Below, piece by piece: positions 1 through 8,562 of a stretch of 64,000 nt of DNA (its first letter is position 1; the number at the start of each line of letters is the position of its first letter). The DNA is taken from NCBI GenBank assembly GCA_022826245.1, contig JAJDVG010000005.1:10837-74836 (forward strand), written 5' to 3'. A model generated the notes under the pieces. The model was not told the DNA's origin. It saw only the letters and a program-made list of their open reading frames with translations, and did not search any database. The DNA is from Gammaproteobacteria bacterium. GTDB taxonomy: Bacteria; Pseudomonadota; Gammaproteobacteria; Steroidobacterales; Rariloculaceae. The position numbers and the translations under genes are program-made.

Positions 1-224
1 AGCACGACGTCGGGCCGATCCTGACCGAGACGCTCGAGGCCGAACACGCCGCGCTCAAACTCTACTACGAGTTGCTCGCGATGGTTGAAGGCAAGCACGT
101 ACCGCTCGAGGAATATGCGCGCAACCTGATCCTTCAGGAGGAAGCGCATATCGACGAAATCGACAAGATGCTGCGCAATCCGGGCGATGTCGGCATCAGC
201 AAGGCCGCGCTCGAACTCGCCTGA
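1..224 (+). CDS. ferritin-like / bacterioferritin-family protein, C-terminal fragment (5' end outside window)
   Basis: Frame 3 is open from the window edge to TGA at 222-224. The translation ...ARNLILQEEAHIDEIDKML... has the E-E-x-H-I-D helix pattern of bacterioferritin-type di-iron four-helix bundles. Confidence 0.5.
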   Translation, partial: HDVGPILTETLEAEHAALKLYYELLAMVEGKHVPLEEYARNLILQEEAHIDEIDKMLRNPGDVGISKAALELA

Positions 225-249
225 ACAGGCATCAAACAGGGAGAAGGAA

Positions 250-1035
250 ATGGATCTTGGACTGAAGGGCAAAAATGCGGCGGTTACCGGCGCAAGCCAG
301 GGTATCGGTTACGCGATCGCGAATGCGCTGGCGCAGGAAGGCTGCAACGTCGCGCTCGCGGCGCGGGGCGAGGAACGCCTGAACCAGGCTGTCGCCGACA
401 TGCAGGCGCACGGCGTGACCGCTGTCGGGATCGTCGCCGACCTTTCCAACGAAGACGGCTGCAAGGCCTTCGCCGATGGCGCGGCCGAACAGCTAGGCGG
501 GATCGACATCCTCGTCAACAACGTCGGCGGCATGATACCGGGCACGCTCGACAGCCTGTCTCCGGACGACTGGGAGCGCGTTCTGAACGTGAACCTCATG
601 GCCGCCGTCAGCATGACCAAATACGCCCTGCCCCATCTCAAGCAAGGACGTTCGCCGCGAATCCTGAACGTCTCCGGCGTTTCCGGTACGCAACTGCTGC
701 CGGGCGCGCTCACGACGACGATTCCGAACGCGGGAATCATCGGTTTCTCGAAGGTCATGGCCGGTGAACTGGGGCCTGCCGGCATCACCGTCAACAACAT
801 CTGTCCGGGGCTCACGAGCACCGAATCCTGGGGACCGCGCGCCGAAGCCATGGCCAAGGTCCGCGGAGTGACGGCCGACGACGTGCGTGCGGCGATCGCC
901 GGCCAGACGCTGCTCGGCCGCTGGGCGGAACCGGAGGAGATCGGCAACGTCGCGGCTTTCCTCGTTTCGGAAAAGGCCAGCTACATGACGGGAACGACGG
1001 TCGAGGTCTGCGGCGGCTTTACGCGCTACATCTGA
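250..1035 (+). CDS. SDR-family oxidoreductase (FabG-like short-chain dehydrogenase)
   Basis: Internal ATG at 250 of ORF 187..1035 is preceded by GGGAGAAGGA. N-terminal TGASQGIGYAIA Rossmann motif, NNVG motif, and a C-terminal YMTGTTVEVCGG tail typical of classical SDRs. Confidence 0.85.
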   Translation: MDLGLKGKNAAVTGASQGIGYAIANALAQEGCNVALAARGEERLNQAVADMQAHGVTAVGIVADLSNEDGCKAFADGAAEQLGGIDILVNNVGGMIPGTLDSLSPDDWERVLNVNLMAAVSMTKYALPHLKQGRSPRILNVSGVSGTQLLPGALTTTIPNAGIIGFSKVMAGELGPAGITVNNICPGLTSTESWGPRAEAMAKVRGVTADDVRAAIAGQTLLGRWAEPEEIGNVAAFLVSEKASYMTGTTVEVCGGFTRYI

Positions 1036-1071
1036 CGCTTCGGGGAGCCCGCCGCCGGCGCAGACCGGCGG

Positions 1072-2499
1072 CTACCACCAGTCTGCGCGCTCGCGTACCG
1101 CGGCCTGCGCGCGTTGCGCCGCGTCGATGACTTCGTCGACGTCGATGTCCGTCAGGCGGCCGTCGCGCTTGAGAATCCTGCCGTCGATCATGACCGTATC
1201 GACGTTCGCGGGCTGCGCGGCCTCGACGAGCATGTGCGCGGGCTCGGTGAATACGCCGAGATTCAGTGCGCGCGTGTCCACCATGATTAGATCGGCACGC
1301 TTGCCCGGGGTCAGCGAACCGATGCTGTCATCGAGCCCCATCGAACGCGCCCCCTCGATCGTCGCAAGTTCGAGCACGCGCCGGGCCGGGAGCCGGAATT
1401 CATCCTGCGTGCGCGAGTTTTCGACGTTCTGAATCCCCTTCATGATGGCGAACATGTCGGCGTTGCCCGCCAGCGTCGGCGTATCGACCGACAAGCCGAC
1501 GGGGATGCCGGCATCGAGAAAGTCGCCGGTAATCGGAAAGCCGAAACCGATGCGCAGTTCCGTCCAGGGAGACAGGCTCACCGACGCGCCGCGCCGCGCG
1601 AGCGCCTCGATTTCCTCCGGACTCGTCCAGATCGCGTGGATGACCTGCACGTGCGGCCCGAGCATCCCCGCTTCCTCGATGGCCGCGATGCCGCCCCGAC
1701 TGGTCGGAAAGTTGTTGACGTGCACGGACACCGGCAGATCCAGCTCCCGTGCCGCCAGGTAATCCTGCCGGGACGCTTCCGTGCCCGCGCCGCGCCACGC
1801 CAGACCGAGCGTCAGCAGGCCGTTGTTCGAGTAGTCGTTCCAGGCTGACGCAAGGCGCGCCACATCCGCCATGTCGAGCGGCGAATCGTTCGACGCGCCG
1901 GTCGGCGATCCATAGGCGAAGCGCGCGCGGATGCCGGTGTCGGTCAGCGCCCTGAGATCGGCTTCGGCGTAGGCGGGATCGCGCACGTTGTGGCACCAGT
2001 CGTGCACGAAGGTGATGCCTGAGTGGATGGCTTCCGCAGCCGAAAGCCGCGTGCTGGCATACATGTCATCGGCTACGTAATGCGCGCCGATGCCGCGCGA
2101 GGTCGGGAAGTAGCCGTGCTCGGGCACATCGCCGGCCATGCTGCGCAGCATCGACGTCCACATGTGCCAGTGAGTTTCGATCAGGCCCGGCAGAACGAGC
2201 ATCTCGCCGGCGTCGATCACCGTGGCATTCGGAGCGTCGATCGCCTGCCCGACCGCGGCGATCTTCCTGCCCCTGATGTGCACGTCGGCATCGGCCAGGT
2301 CGCCGAGCGCCGGGTCCATGGTCAGAACGTAGCCGCCCCGGATCAGGTACTCACTGTTTGCCGGCATGGCGCCGCCCCCGTTGTCGCCGTCCTGCGCAGA
2401 TGCGAGCCGCCAGCCGCCGGCGCCGACTGCGCCCGCGGCCATGGCTGCGCCGATGAAGTCACGTCTTCGGATCGATGCGTCGCCGCGGTACCTTGTCAT
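1072..2499 (-). CDS. Tat-exported metal-dependent amidohydrolase (chlorohydrolase/aminohydrolase superfamily)
   Basis: ORF 1072..2691 trimmed to Met65. Twin-arginine signal MTRYRGDASIRRRDFIGAAMAAGAVGAG, H-x-H metal motif (IETHWHMW), and amidohydrolase-like C-terminal half (GSLTPGKRADLIMVD). Confidence 0.8.
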   Translation of the reverse strand: MTRYRGDASIRRRDFIGAAMAAGAVGAGGWRLASAQDGDNGGGAMPANSEYLIRGGYVLTMDPALGDLADADVHIRGRKIAAVGQAIDAPNATVIDAGEMLVLPGLIETHWHMWTSMLRSMAGDVPEHGYFPTSRGIGAHYVADDMYASTRLSAAEAIHSGITFVHDWCHNVRDPAYAEADLRALTDTGIRARFAYGSPTGASNDSPLDMADVARLASAWNDYSNNGLLTLGLAWRGAGTEASRQDYLAARELDLPVSVHVNNFPTSRGGIAAIEEAGMLGPHVQVIHAIWTSPEEIEALARRGASVSLSPWTELRIGFGFPITGDFLDAGIPVGLSVDTPTLAGNADMFAIMKGIQNVENSRTQDEFRLPARRVLELATIEGARSMGLDDSIGSLTPGKRADLIMVDTRALNLGVFTEPAHMLVEAAQPANVDTVMIDGRILKRDGRLTDIDVDEVIDAAQRAQAAVRERADWW

Positions 2500-2581
2500 G
2501 GCGCCTCCCGCCAGTTGTCGATGCCCCCTGCCTTGCCAACGCTCCCGCCCCGGCGCGCGGTGGGCCGGAACGCGCGCCGGC

Positions 2582-4090
2582 TCAGACGAGCATGCAGACG
2601 GACTGCAGTTCCGTATACATCTCGATCCCCGTGCGGCCGTGCTCGCGGCCGAATCCCGATTGCTTGAAACCGCCGAACGGCATGTTGGCATCGACGAAAC
2701 TGTGGCAGTTGACCCAGACCGTTCCGGCCTTGACCTTCGGCACGAGGCGGTGCACGGCCCTGAGGTCGTTCGACCAGATGCTCGCGCTCAGGCCATACGG
2801 CGTCGCGTTCGCGAGCGCCGCCACTTCGTCGATATCGTCGAACGGCTGCGCAACGAGCACCGGACCGAAAATCTCTTCCTGAACGACCCGCATGTTCGCA
2901 TTGACGTTGGCGAGCACGGTCGGTTTGACGAAGCAGCCCGGATGCTCGAGCGACTCGCCGCCCGTGACCAGCTCCGCGCCTTCCTCGCGGCCGGAGTCGA
3001 CGTATCCCATGACCCGGTCCTGTTGCTCGCGAGAGACGAGCGGACCCATTTCGGTCTCGGGGTCGAGGCCGGGGCCGAGCCTGATCGCATCCGCGGCGGC
3101 GCTCACCCCCTCGACGACCCGATCGTAGATCTTCTTGTGCGCGTAGAGCCTCGAACCCGCTGCGCAGACCTGGCCCGCGTTGAAGAAGATCGCCTGTGCC
3201 GCTCCACCGATGACGGTTTCGACGTCGGCGTCGGGCAGGACGATGACCGGGGATTTGCCGCCGAGTTCCAGCGAAACGCGCTTGAGCGTGTTCGTCGCCG
3301 ACTTGTTGATGATCTTGCCTACTTCGCCCGAACCAGTGAATGCGACCTTGTCGACACCGGGATGGCTTACGAGCGCTGCACCCGCCGTCTCCCCGTAACC
3401 CGTGAGGACGTTCACGACTCCGGGCGGAAAACCGGCTTCCATGACCAGCTCGCCGAGGCGCAGCGCCGTCAGCGGCGTCTGCTCGGCCGGCTTCAGAACG
3501 CAGGTACAGCCGGCTGCAAGCGCGGGACCGAGTTTCCAGGCCGCCATGAGCAGCGGAAAATTCCACGGGATGATCTGCGCGACGACGCCGACGGGATGAC
3601 GCCGCGTCGAGGTTTCGAAACGGGATCCGGGCGGCGCGCCAACGGATATATCGAAGGTCGAGCCCTCGATTTTCGTCGCCCAGCCGGCCATGTAGCGCAA
3701 ATACTCGCGCGTGGCCGGGATGTCCACGACACTCGCCATGAACTTCGTCTTGCCGTTGTCGATGCTCTCCAGTTCGCAGAGTTCGTCCGCGTGCTGCTCG
3801 ATGAGATCGCCGAGGCGCCATATCAGCGCCTGACGCTCCGCGGGTAGCATGCGCGGCCAGGGTCCCTGCTCGAATGCTTCTCTCGCGGCGGCGACGGCCC
3901 GATCTACATCGGTCCGGTCCGCATCGGCGACGCTCGCGACGATCGCTCCGGTAGCCGGATCCACGACCGAAATCGTCCTGCCGGACTCCGACTGGACCCA
4001 TTCGCCTCCGATCAGCAGGCGTGCGGGGCGGTCAAGAAACGAAACTGCACCGACGGACGGCGCGGGTTGTGCTGCAATGGCGACGCTCAT
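2582..4090 (-). CDS. NAD(P)-dependent aldehyde dehydrogenase
   Basis: ORF 2582..4219 trimmed to Met44 (GAGGAAACC Shine-Dalgarno upstream). Motifs FTGSGEVGK, ELGGKSP and catalytic Cys context NAGQVCAAGSR. Confidence 0.9.
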   Translation of the reverse strand: MSVAIAAQPAPSVGAVSFLDRPARLLIGGEWVQSESGRTISVVDPATGAIVASVADADRTDVDRAVAAAREAFEQGPWPRMLPAERQALIWRLGDLIEQHADELCELESIDNGKTKFMASVVDIPATREYLRYMAGWATKIEGSTFDISVGAPPGSRFETSTRRHPVGVVAQIIPWNFPLLMAAWKLGPALAAGCTCVLKPAEQTPLTALRLGELVMEAGFPPGVVNVLTGYGETAGAALVSHPGVDKVAFTGSGEVGKIINKSATNTLKRVSLELGGKSPVIVLPDADVETVIGGAAQAIFFNAGQVCAAGSRLYAHKKIYDRVVEGVSAAADAIRLGPGLDPETEMGPLVSREQQDRVMGYVDSGREEGAELVTGGESLEHPGCFVKPTVLANVNANMRVVQEEIFGPVLVAQPFDDIDEVAALANATPYGLSASIWSNDLRAVHRLVPKVKAGTVWVNCHSFVDANMPFGGFKQSGFGREHGRTGIEMYTELQSVCMLV

Positions 4091-4215
4091 GGTTTCCTCT
4101 CGATGAATTCTTGTACTTGCGGGCGCAATATGCGCAGAACGCGAGTGTAGAACCGGCTTGCGGCGCCGACAAGGGAGCGCGAATTCCGCCGCCCCTGGTA
4201 CAAGCCTCGCTGCAC

Positions 4216-5076
4216 TCAACCCAGCTTGAGCAGCGTCTTCGCGTTCTCCTTGAGGATCAGCGGCCGGACCTCGTCGCGGATGTCGATGTCCTCGAAATCC
4301 GCAAGCCAGCGGTCCGGCGTGATGAGCGGGTAGTCCGTGCCGAACAGCACCTTGTGCCTGAGTTGCGTGTTCGCGTAGTGAACGAGTTGCGGCGGGAAGT
4401 ACTTCGGCGACCAGCCGGACAGGTCGATGTAGACCTGCGGCTTGTGCAGGCAGATCGACAGCGCCTCGTCCTGCCAGGGCCAGGAAGGATGCGCGAGGAT
4501 GATCGGCATGTCGGGAAAGTCGACGGCCACATCGTCGACATCCATCGGGTTGCCGTACTTGAGCCGTATGCCCCCGCCGCCCGGCATGCCGGTCCCCATG
4601 CCCGAATGCCCGGTATGAAAGAGCGCGGGCAGGCCGGCTTCGGCGATCACCTCGTAGAGCGGGTAGGCGCTTCGGTCGTTCGCATGGTATTCCTGGTACT
4701 GGGGATGGAACTTGAATCCCCGGATGTCGTAGTCGTCGATGAGCCGCCGCGCTTCCCTGATGCCCTCCCGCCCGCGCGCCGGATCGATGCTCGCGAACGG
4801 GATCATGATGTCGCTGTTCTCGTGGGCGAGTTCGGCGACCTCCTCGTTCGGCACGGGCCGGTCGCCGCGCGCATGTTCGCCATCGACCGGGAAGATCACG
4901 CAGGCGATCTTCCGCTCGCGGTAGTAGTCGGCAATCTCCGGGATCGTCGGGCGCGCGTGCTCGTGCCGGAAATAGTTTTTCGCGGCTTCCTGGAATGCGG
5001 TCAAGGGCTGCGGGTCGCGCGAGGACACCTCCGCGTGCGTGTGCACATCGATCGCGACCAGGGCATCGACATCCAT
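4216..5076 (-). CDS. amidohydrolase-2 family metal-dependent hydrolase/decarboxylase
   Basis: ORF 4216..5211 trimmed to Met46, so that it starts 14 nt after the upstream GST stop. AIDVHTH H-x-H motif, HTGHSGMG, and C-terminal FGTDYP motif of the ACMSD-like TIM-barrel hydrolases. Confidence 0.75.
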   Translation of the reverse strand: MDVDALVAIDVHTHAEVSSRDPQPLTAFQEAAKNYFRHEHARPTIPEIADYYRERKIACVIFPVDGEHARGDRPVPNEEVAELAHENSDIMIPFASIDPARGREGIREARRLIDDYDIRGFKFHPQYQEYHANDRSAYPLYEVIAEAGLPALFHTGHSGMGTGMPGGGGIRLKYGNPMDVDDVAVDFPDMPIILAHPSWPWQDEALSICLHKPQVYIDLSGWSPKYFPPQLVHYANTQLRHKVLFGTDYPLITPDRWLADFEDIDIRDEVRPLILKENAKTLLKLG

Positions 5077-5089
5077 CGCGCGAGCCGGG

Positions 5090-5767
5090 TCAGACCAGGA
5101 TGCCCTGCGCCCTGTCGACGGCCTCGTCGGCCTTTCTGAGCATCTCCTCGAGATCGGTCGGCACCGGAACGTCCTGGCCGCGCCTGACTGCAGGCCGCTC
5201 GCCGATCGCATCGAGCCACCGCTCGAGGTTGTCGAGACCCTCGATGTCTACGCCTGCCCACTTGTAGCCGCGAACCCAGGACCAGTTCGCGATATCGGCG
5301 ATCGAGTAGTCGCCGGCCAGGTATTCGCTTTCGGCGAGCCGCATCTCGAGCACTTCGAGCAGCCGGCGGACCTCGCGCTGATAGCGTTCGATCGCGTAGG
5401 GGATGCGTTCCGGCGCATAGCGGTAGAACACGTTCGCCTGCCCCATCATCGGCCCGATGCCGCCCATCTGGAACATGAGCCACTGGATGGCGAGCGATCG
5501 CCCCTTGACATCGGTGGGCAACAGGGCGCCCGCCTGCTCGGCCAGGTAGAGCATGATCGCCCCCGATTCGAACACGGCGAAACCGCCGTTGTCGTGATCG
5601 ACGATCACCGGGATGCGCCCGTTCGGATTGAGCTTCAGAAACCACGGCTCCTTCTGCTCTTTCTTCTCCATCTCGATATGGCGCACGCTGTACTCGATGC
5701 CGAGTTCCTCGAGCGTGATGGACGCTTTCCAGCCGTTGGGCGTGGGGGAAGTCAATAACTCGATCAT
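5090..5767 (-). CDS. Nu-class glutathione S-transferase (YfcG-like)
   Basis: ORF trimmed to Met15 (GGAG upstream). Near-colinear resemblance to E. coli YfcG as recalled: [48 protein letters not shown]. Confidence 0.85.
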   Translation of the reverse strand: MIELLTSPTPNGWKASITLEELGIEYSVRHIEMEKKEQKEPWFLKLNPNGRIPVIVDHDNGGFAVFESGAIMLYLAEQAGALLPTDVKGRSLAIQWLMFQMGGIGPMMGQANVFYRYAPERIPYAIERYQREVRRLLEVLEMRLAESEYLAGDYSIADIANWSWVRGYKWAGVDIEGLDNLERWLDAIGERPAVRRGQDVPVPTDLEEMLRKADEAVDRAQGILV

Positions 5768-5958
5768 TGCCGGCTCCTGGCGCTCAGTCGCAAATGTGCG
5801 TGTCTGCACGATTGGGCGCGTATTCTAGACAGGTTTCGATTCCGTTGCCGATGCGCGGCGTGCGGCGCCGCGCAGAGCGCGCGGCACGACCGCACACTTG
5901 CGCAGGGGTCACGGAAGCTGCATCGTGGCGCTGCAGATTCGCCCGCAAGCGTGCGGCG

Positions 5959-8451
5959 TCAAACGCCGCGCAGCGTCGCGACCGGCGATTCGTTGACCAC
6001 CGATCTCACGGCGAGCGTGCCGCTTACGCCGACGATGGCGATTCCGGCGACGACGCCCGCGATCGGCAGCCACAGCCCGGGCACGTAGTCGAGTTCGAAC
6101 ACCTGCGTGGCGAGCACGTAGCCGATGACTCCGGCGCCGACCGCGGCCAGCGTACCGGCGAGCAAGCCGAGCGCCGTGAACTCCGCCGCGACGCCCTGCA
6201 GCACGATGCGCCGTTTGGCGCCGAGCGTGCGCAGCACCGCGCTTTCGAACATCCGTTCGTCGCGCGTGGCCTGAATCGCGGCGAAGAGCACCGTCAATCC
6301 GGCTGCCAGGGTGAACATGAACACGTACTGCACCGCGAGCGCCGCCTGGGTCATCGCCCGCCGCACCTGGTCGAGCACGGCTTCGATGTCGATGATCGAC
6401 ACGCTCGGAAACTGCCTGACGAGATCGATCGACACACGCCGCTGCGCCGGCTCCACGAAGAAACTCGTGATGTAGGTATGCGCGAACTCATCGAGCATGC
6501 CGGGATTCACGACCATGAAGAAATTCGGCTGGAACGTGTCCCACTGCACACTGCGCACGCTCGTGATCCGGACCGTCAGCGCTTCCCCGCCGATGCTGTA
6601 GGTCAGTTCGTCGCCGAGTGCGAGGCCGATTTCCTCAAGCAGCGACTCCTCGATCGACAACTGCGGCTCGGTATCGCCCGGCGACCACCATTGTCCCGCA
6701 ACGATCGCATTGTCGGGCTTCAGGTCCGCCGCCCAGCTCAGGTTGATTTCGTCGTTGAGTTCGCGCCGCGCCCGCCGGTCCCTGGCCGGATACTCCGCAA
6801 CCGGCACACCGTTGACGTGGCTGATCCTCGCTCGCGCGAGCGGCGTGAATTCCGCGTCGTCGAGATCGTAGTTCGCGAGCACGCCGCGGACATCGTCAAG
6901 CTCATCGGGCTGGATGTTGATCAGGAACTGGTTCGGCGACTGTTCCGGCAGCAGGCCCTGCCATTCCTCCATGAGTTCGCCGCGAACCACGGTCAGCAAC
7001 AGCAGCACCATGATGCCGAGACCGAAGGCCACGACCTGGACGCTGCTTTCGCGTCCGCGCCGGGCGACATTGGCTATGCCGTAGCGCCAGGCGACGCCGA
7101 CGCCGCCGCGCAGATGTTGCAGCGCCCACACCAGCCCGAGTCCCGCCAGATAGAGGACCGCGAACGTCCCGACGGTGCCGCCCACCACATAGGCAATGAG
7201 CTCGAAGTCGCGGAAGATCAGCGCCAGCATGCCGGTGACCGCTGCCCCGGCGATGCCGTAGACGGTCAGATAGCGCAACGGCGGCGGGTCAATGTCCTGG
7301 CGCAGCACGCGCGCCGGCGGCACGCCGCCGAGCTGCAGCAAGGGCGGAAGCGCGAAACCGACCGCGACGGTTATCGCCGTCAGCGGGCCGAGCACGACGC
7401 CCCGGAGATTCGGCGGCGGCAGATCGGCCTCGACGAAGTCGGCGAGCAGTGCCGTCAGGCCGAACTGCGCGAAAAACCCGATGACGCTGCCGATCACGCC
7501 CGCCGCAAGCACGAGAATCAGCAACTGGGTCAGATTGAGCCTGAGCACGTCGCGGTGCCGGGCGCCGAGACATTTCATCATCGCAACGCCGTCGAGCCTG
7601 CGCACGACGAAGCGGCGCGCCGCCATCGCGACGGCAACGCCGCCGAGCAGGACGCCGACGAGCGCCGCAAGCACGAGGAACTGCTCGGCGCGGCGCACGG
7701 AGGAGCGGACCTCCGGCCGGCCGTCCCGAAAGTCCTCGAGCTCGTGTTCGGCGGCAAGTTGAGGTTCGAGTTCGGCCCTGAAAGCGGCGATTCGCGATTC
7801 GCTGCCCGCGAACAGTAACTCGTACTCGGCCACGCTGCCCGGCTGCAGGAGCTCCGAGGCGTAGACATCCTCGATATTGAGCAGCACGGTCGGCGCGATT
7901 TCCATGAAGCGCCAGCCTTCGTCGGGACGAAACTCGAGCGTGTGGCCGACGAGCAGGTTCAAGGCGCCGATGTCGATCCGATCGCCGACTTCAAGCCCGA
8001 GGCGCGCGAGCAGGCTCGGCTCCGCCCAGACCTCGCCGACCGGCGGTACGCCCTCGGCCGCATAAGGCGTGCCCGACAACTCGTCCGCGATTCGTACCTC
8101 GCCGCGCAGCGGGTAACCGGGCGACACGCCGCGCACATCGGCGAGCGACGTGGAAGTCCCGGCCACGACGACGCTGCGAAAATGGACGATATCGGCGGTT
8201 ACCACGTCGTTGGACGCGGCGATGGTCCGGAACGCATCCGGCAGGGGATTGACCGATTCAATCCTGACGTCGGCCGCCAGGGCCTCGCCGGCCTGCTGGG
8301 ACACGGCCTGTCTGACGCGGTCGGTAAAGAACGACACCGCACTCATTGCGGCGACAGCGACGATGAGCGCGGCCACGAGCACGATGACCTCGCCGGAACG
8401 CCAGTCCCTGGCGAGCAGGCGGCCGGCGAGACTCCAGGGAACCTGCTTCAT
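5959..8451 (-). CDS. FtsX-family ABC transporter permease, double-FtsX YbbP-like (830 aa)
   Basis: Two blocks of 4 TM helices, each preceded by a large periplasmic domain. N-terminus LARDWRSGE is typical of YbbP-type permeases. No ATPase gene is adjacent. Confidence 0.8.
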   Translation of the reverse strand: MKQVPWSLAGRLLARDWRSGEVIVLVAALIVAVAAMSAVSFFTDRVRQAVSQQAGEALAADVRIESVNPLPDAFRTIAASNDVVTADIVHFRSVVVAGTSTSLADVRGVSPGYPLRGEVRIADELSGTPYAAEGVPPVGEVWAEPSLLARLGLEVGDRIDIGALNLLVGHTLEFRPDEGWRFMEIAPTVLLNIEDVYASELLQPGSVAEYELLFAGSESRIAAFRAELEPQLAAEHELEDFRDGRPEVRSSVRRAEQFLVLAALVGVLLGGVAVAMAARRFVVRRLDGVAMMKCLGARHRDVLRLNLTQLLILVLAAGVIGSVIGFFAQFGLTALLADFVEADLPPPNLRGVVLGPLTAITVAVGFALPPLLQLGGVPPARVLRQDIDPPPLRYLTVYGIAGAAVTGMLALIFRDFELIAYVVGGTVGTFAVLYLAGLGLVWALQHLRGGVGVAWRYGIANVARRGRESSVQVVAFGLGIMVLLLLTVVRGELMEEWQGLLPEQSPNQFLINIQPDELDDVRGVLANYDLDDAEFTPLARARISHVNGVPVAEYPARDRRARRELNDEINLSWAADLKPDNAIVAGQWWSPGDTEPQLSIEESLLEEIGLALGDELTYSIGGEALTVRITSVRSVQWDTFQPNFFMVVNPGMLDEFAHTYITSFFVEPAQRRVSIDLVRQFPSVSIIDIEAVLDQVRRAMTQAALAVQYVFMFTLAAGLTVLFAAIQATRDERMFESAVLRTLGAKRRIVLQGVAAEFTALGLLAGTLAAVGAGVIGYVLATQVFELDYVPGLWLPIAGVVAGIAIVGVSGTLAVRSVVNESPVATLRGV

Positions 8452-8562
8452 CGATTCAATCCTTCGCTTGGCCCGGCTGGACCCTTGGACAGATCCGGAT
8501 CATTGTATGCGAAGCGGGCCATGGCTGACCGCGCCCTCTTGCGGAAGCCTCCGGTTCGCCGA

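Noticed and set aside
2366-3847. Long antisense or alternate-frame ORFs throughout the window, e.g. 2366..3847, 2496..4001, 5767..7818, 14324..16504, 27853..28920, 36874..38517, 38927..41263, 41842..44643, 50808..53054, 54583..57372, 60521..62485 and 60525..62483
   Set aside because: These are typical high-GC shadow ORFs. Their Arg/Ala/Gly/Pro-rich translations have no motifs, and each fully overlaps a gene with strong family signatures in another frame.
5853-5873. GC hairpin GCGCGGCG-tgcgg-CGCCGCGC downstream of the FtsX permease, considered as an intrinsic terminator
   Set aside because: No U-tract follows on the transcribed (minus) strand. Such GC palindromes are common by chance in this composition.
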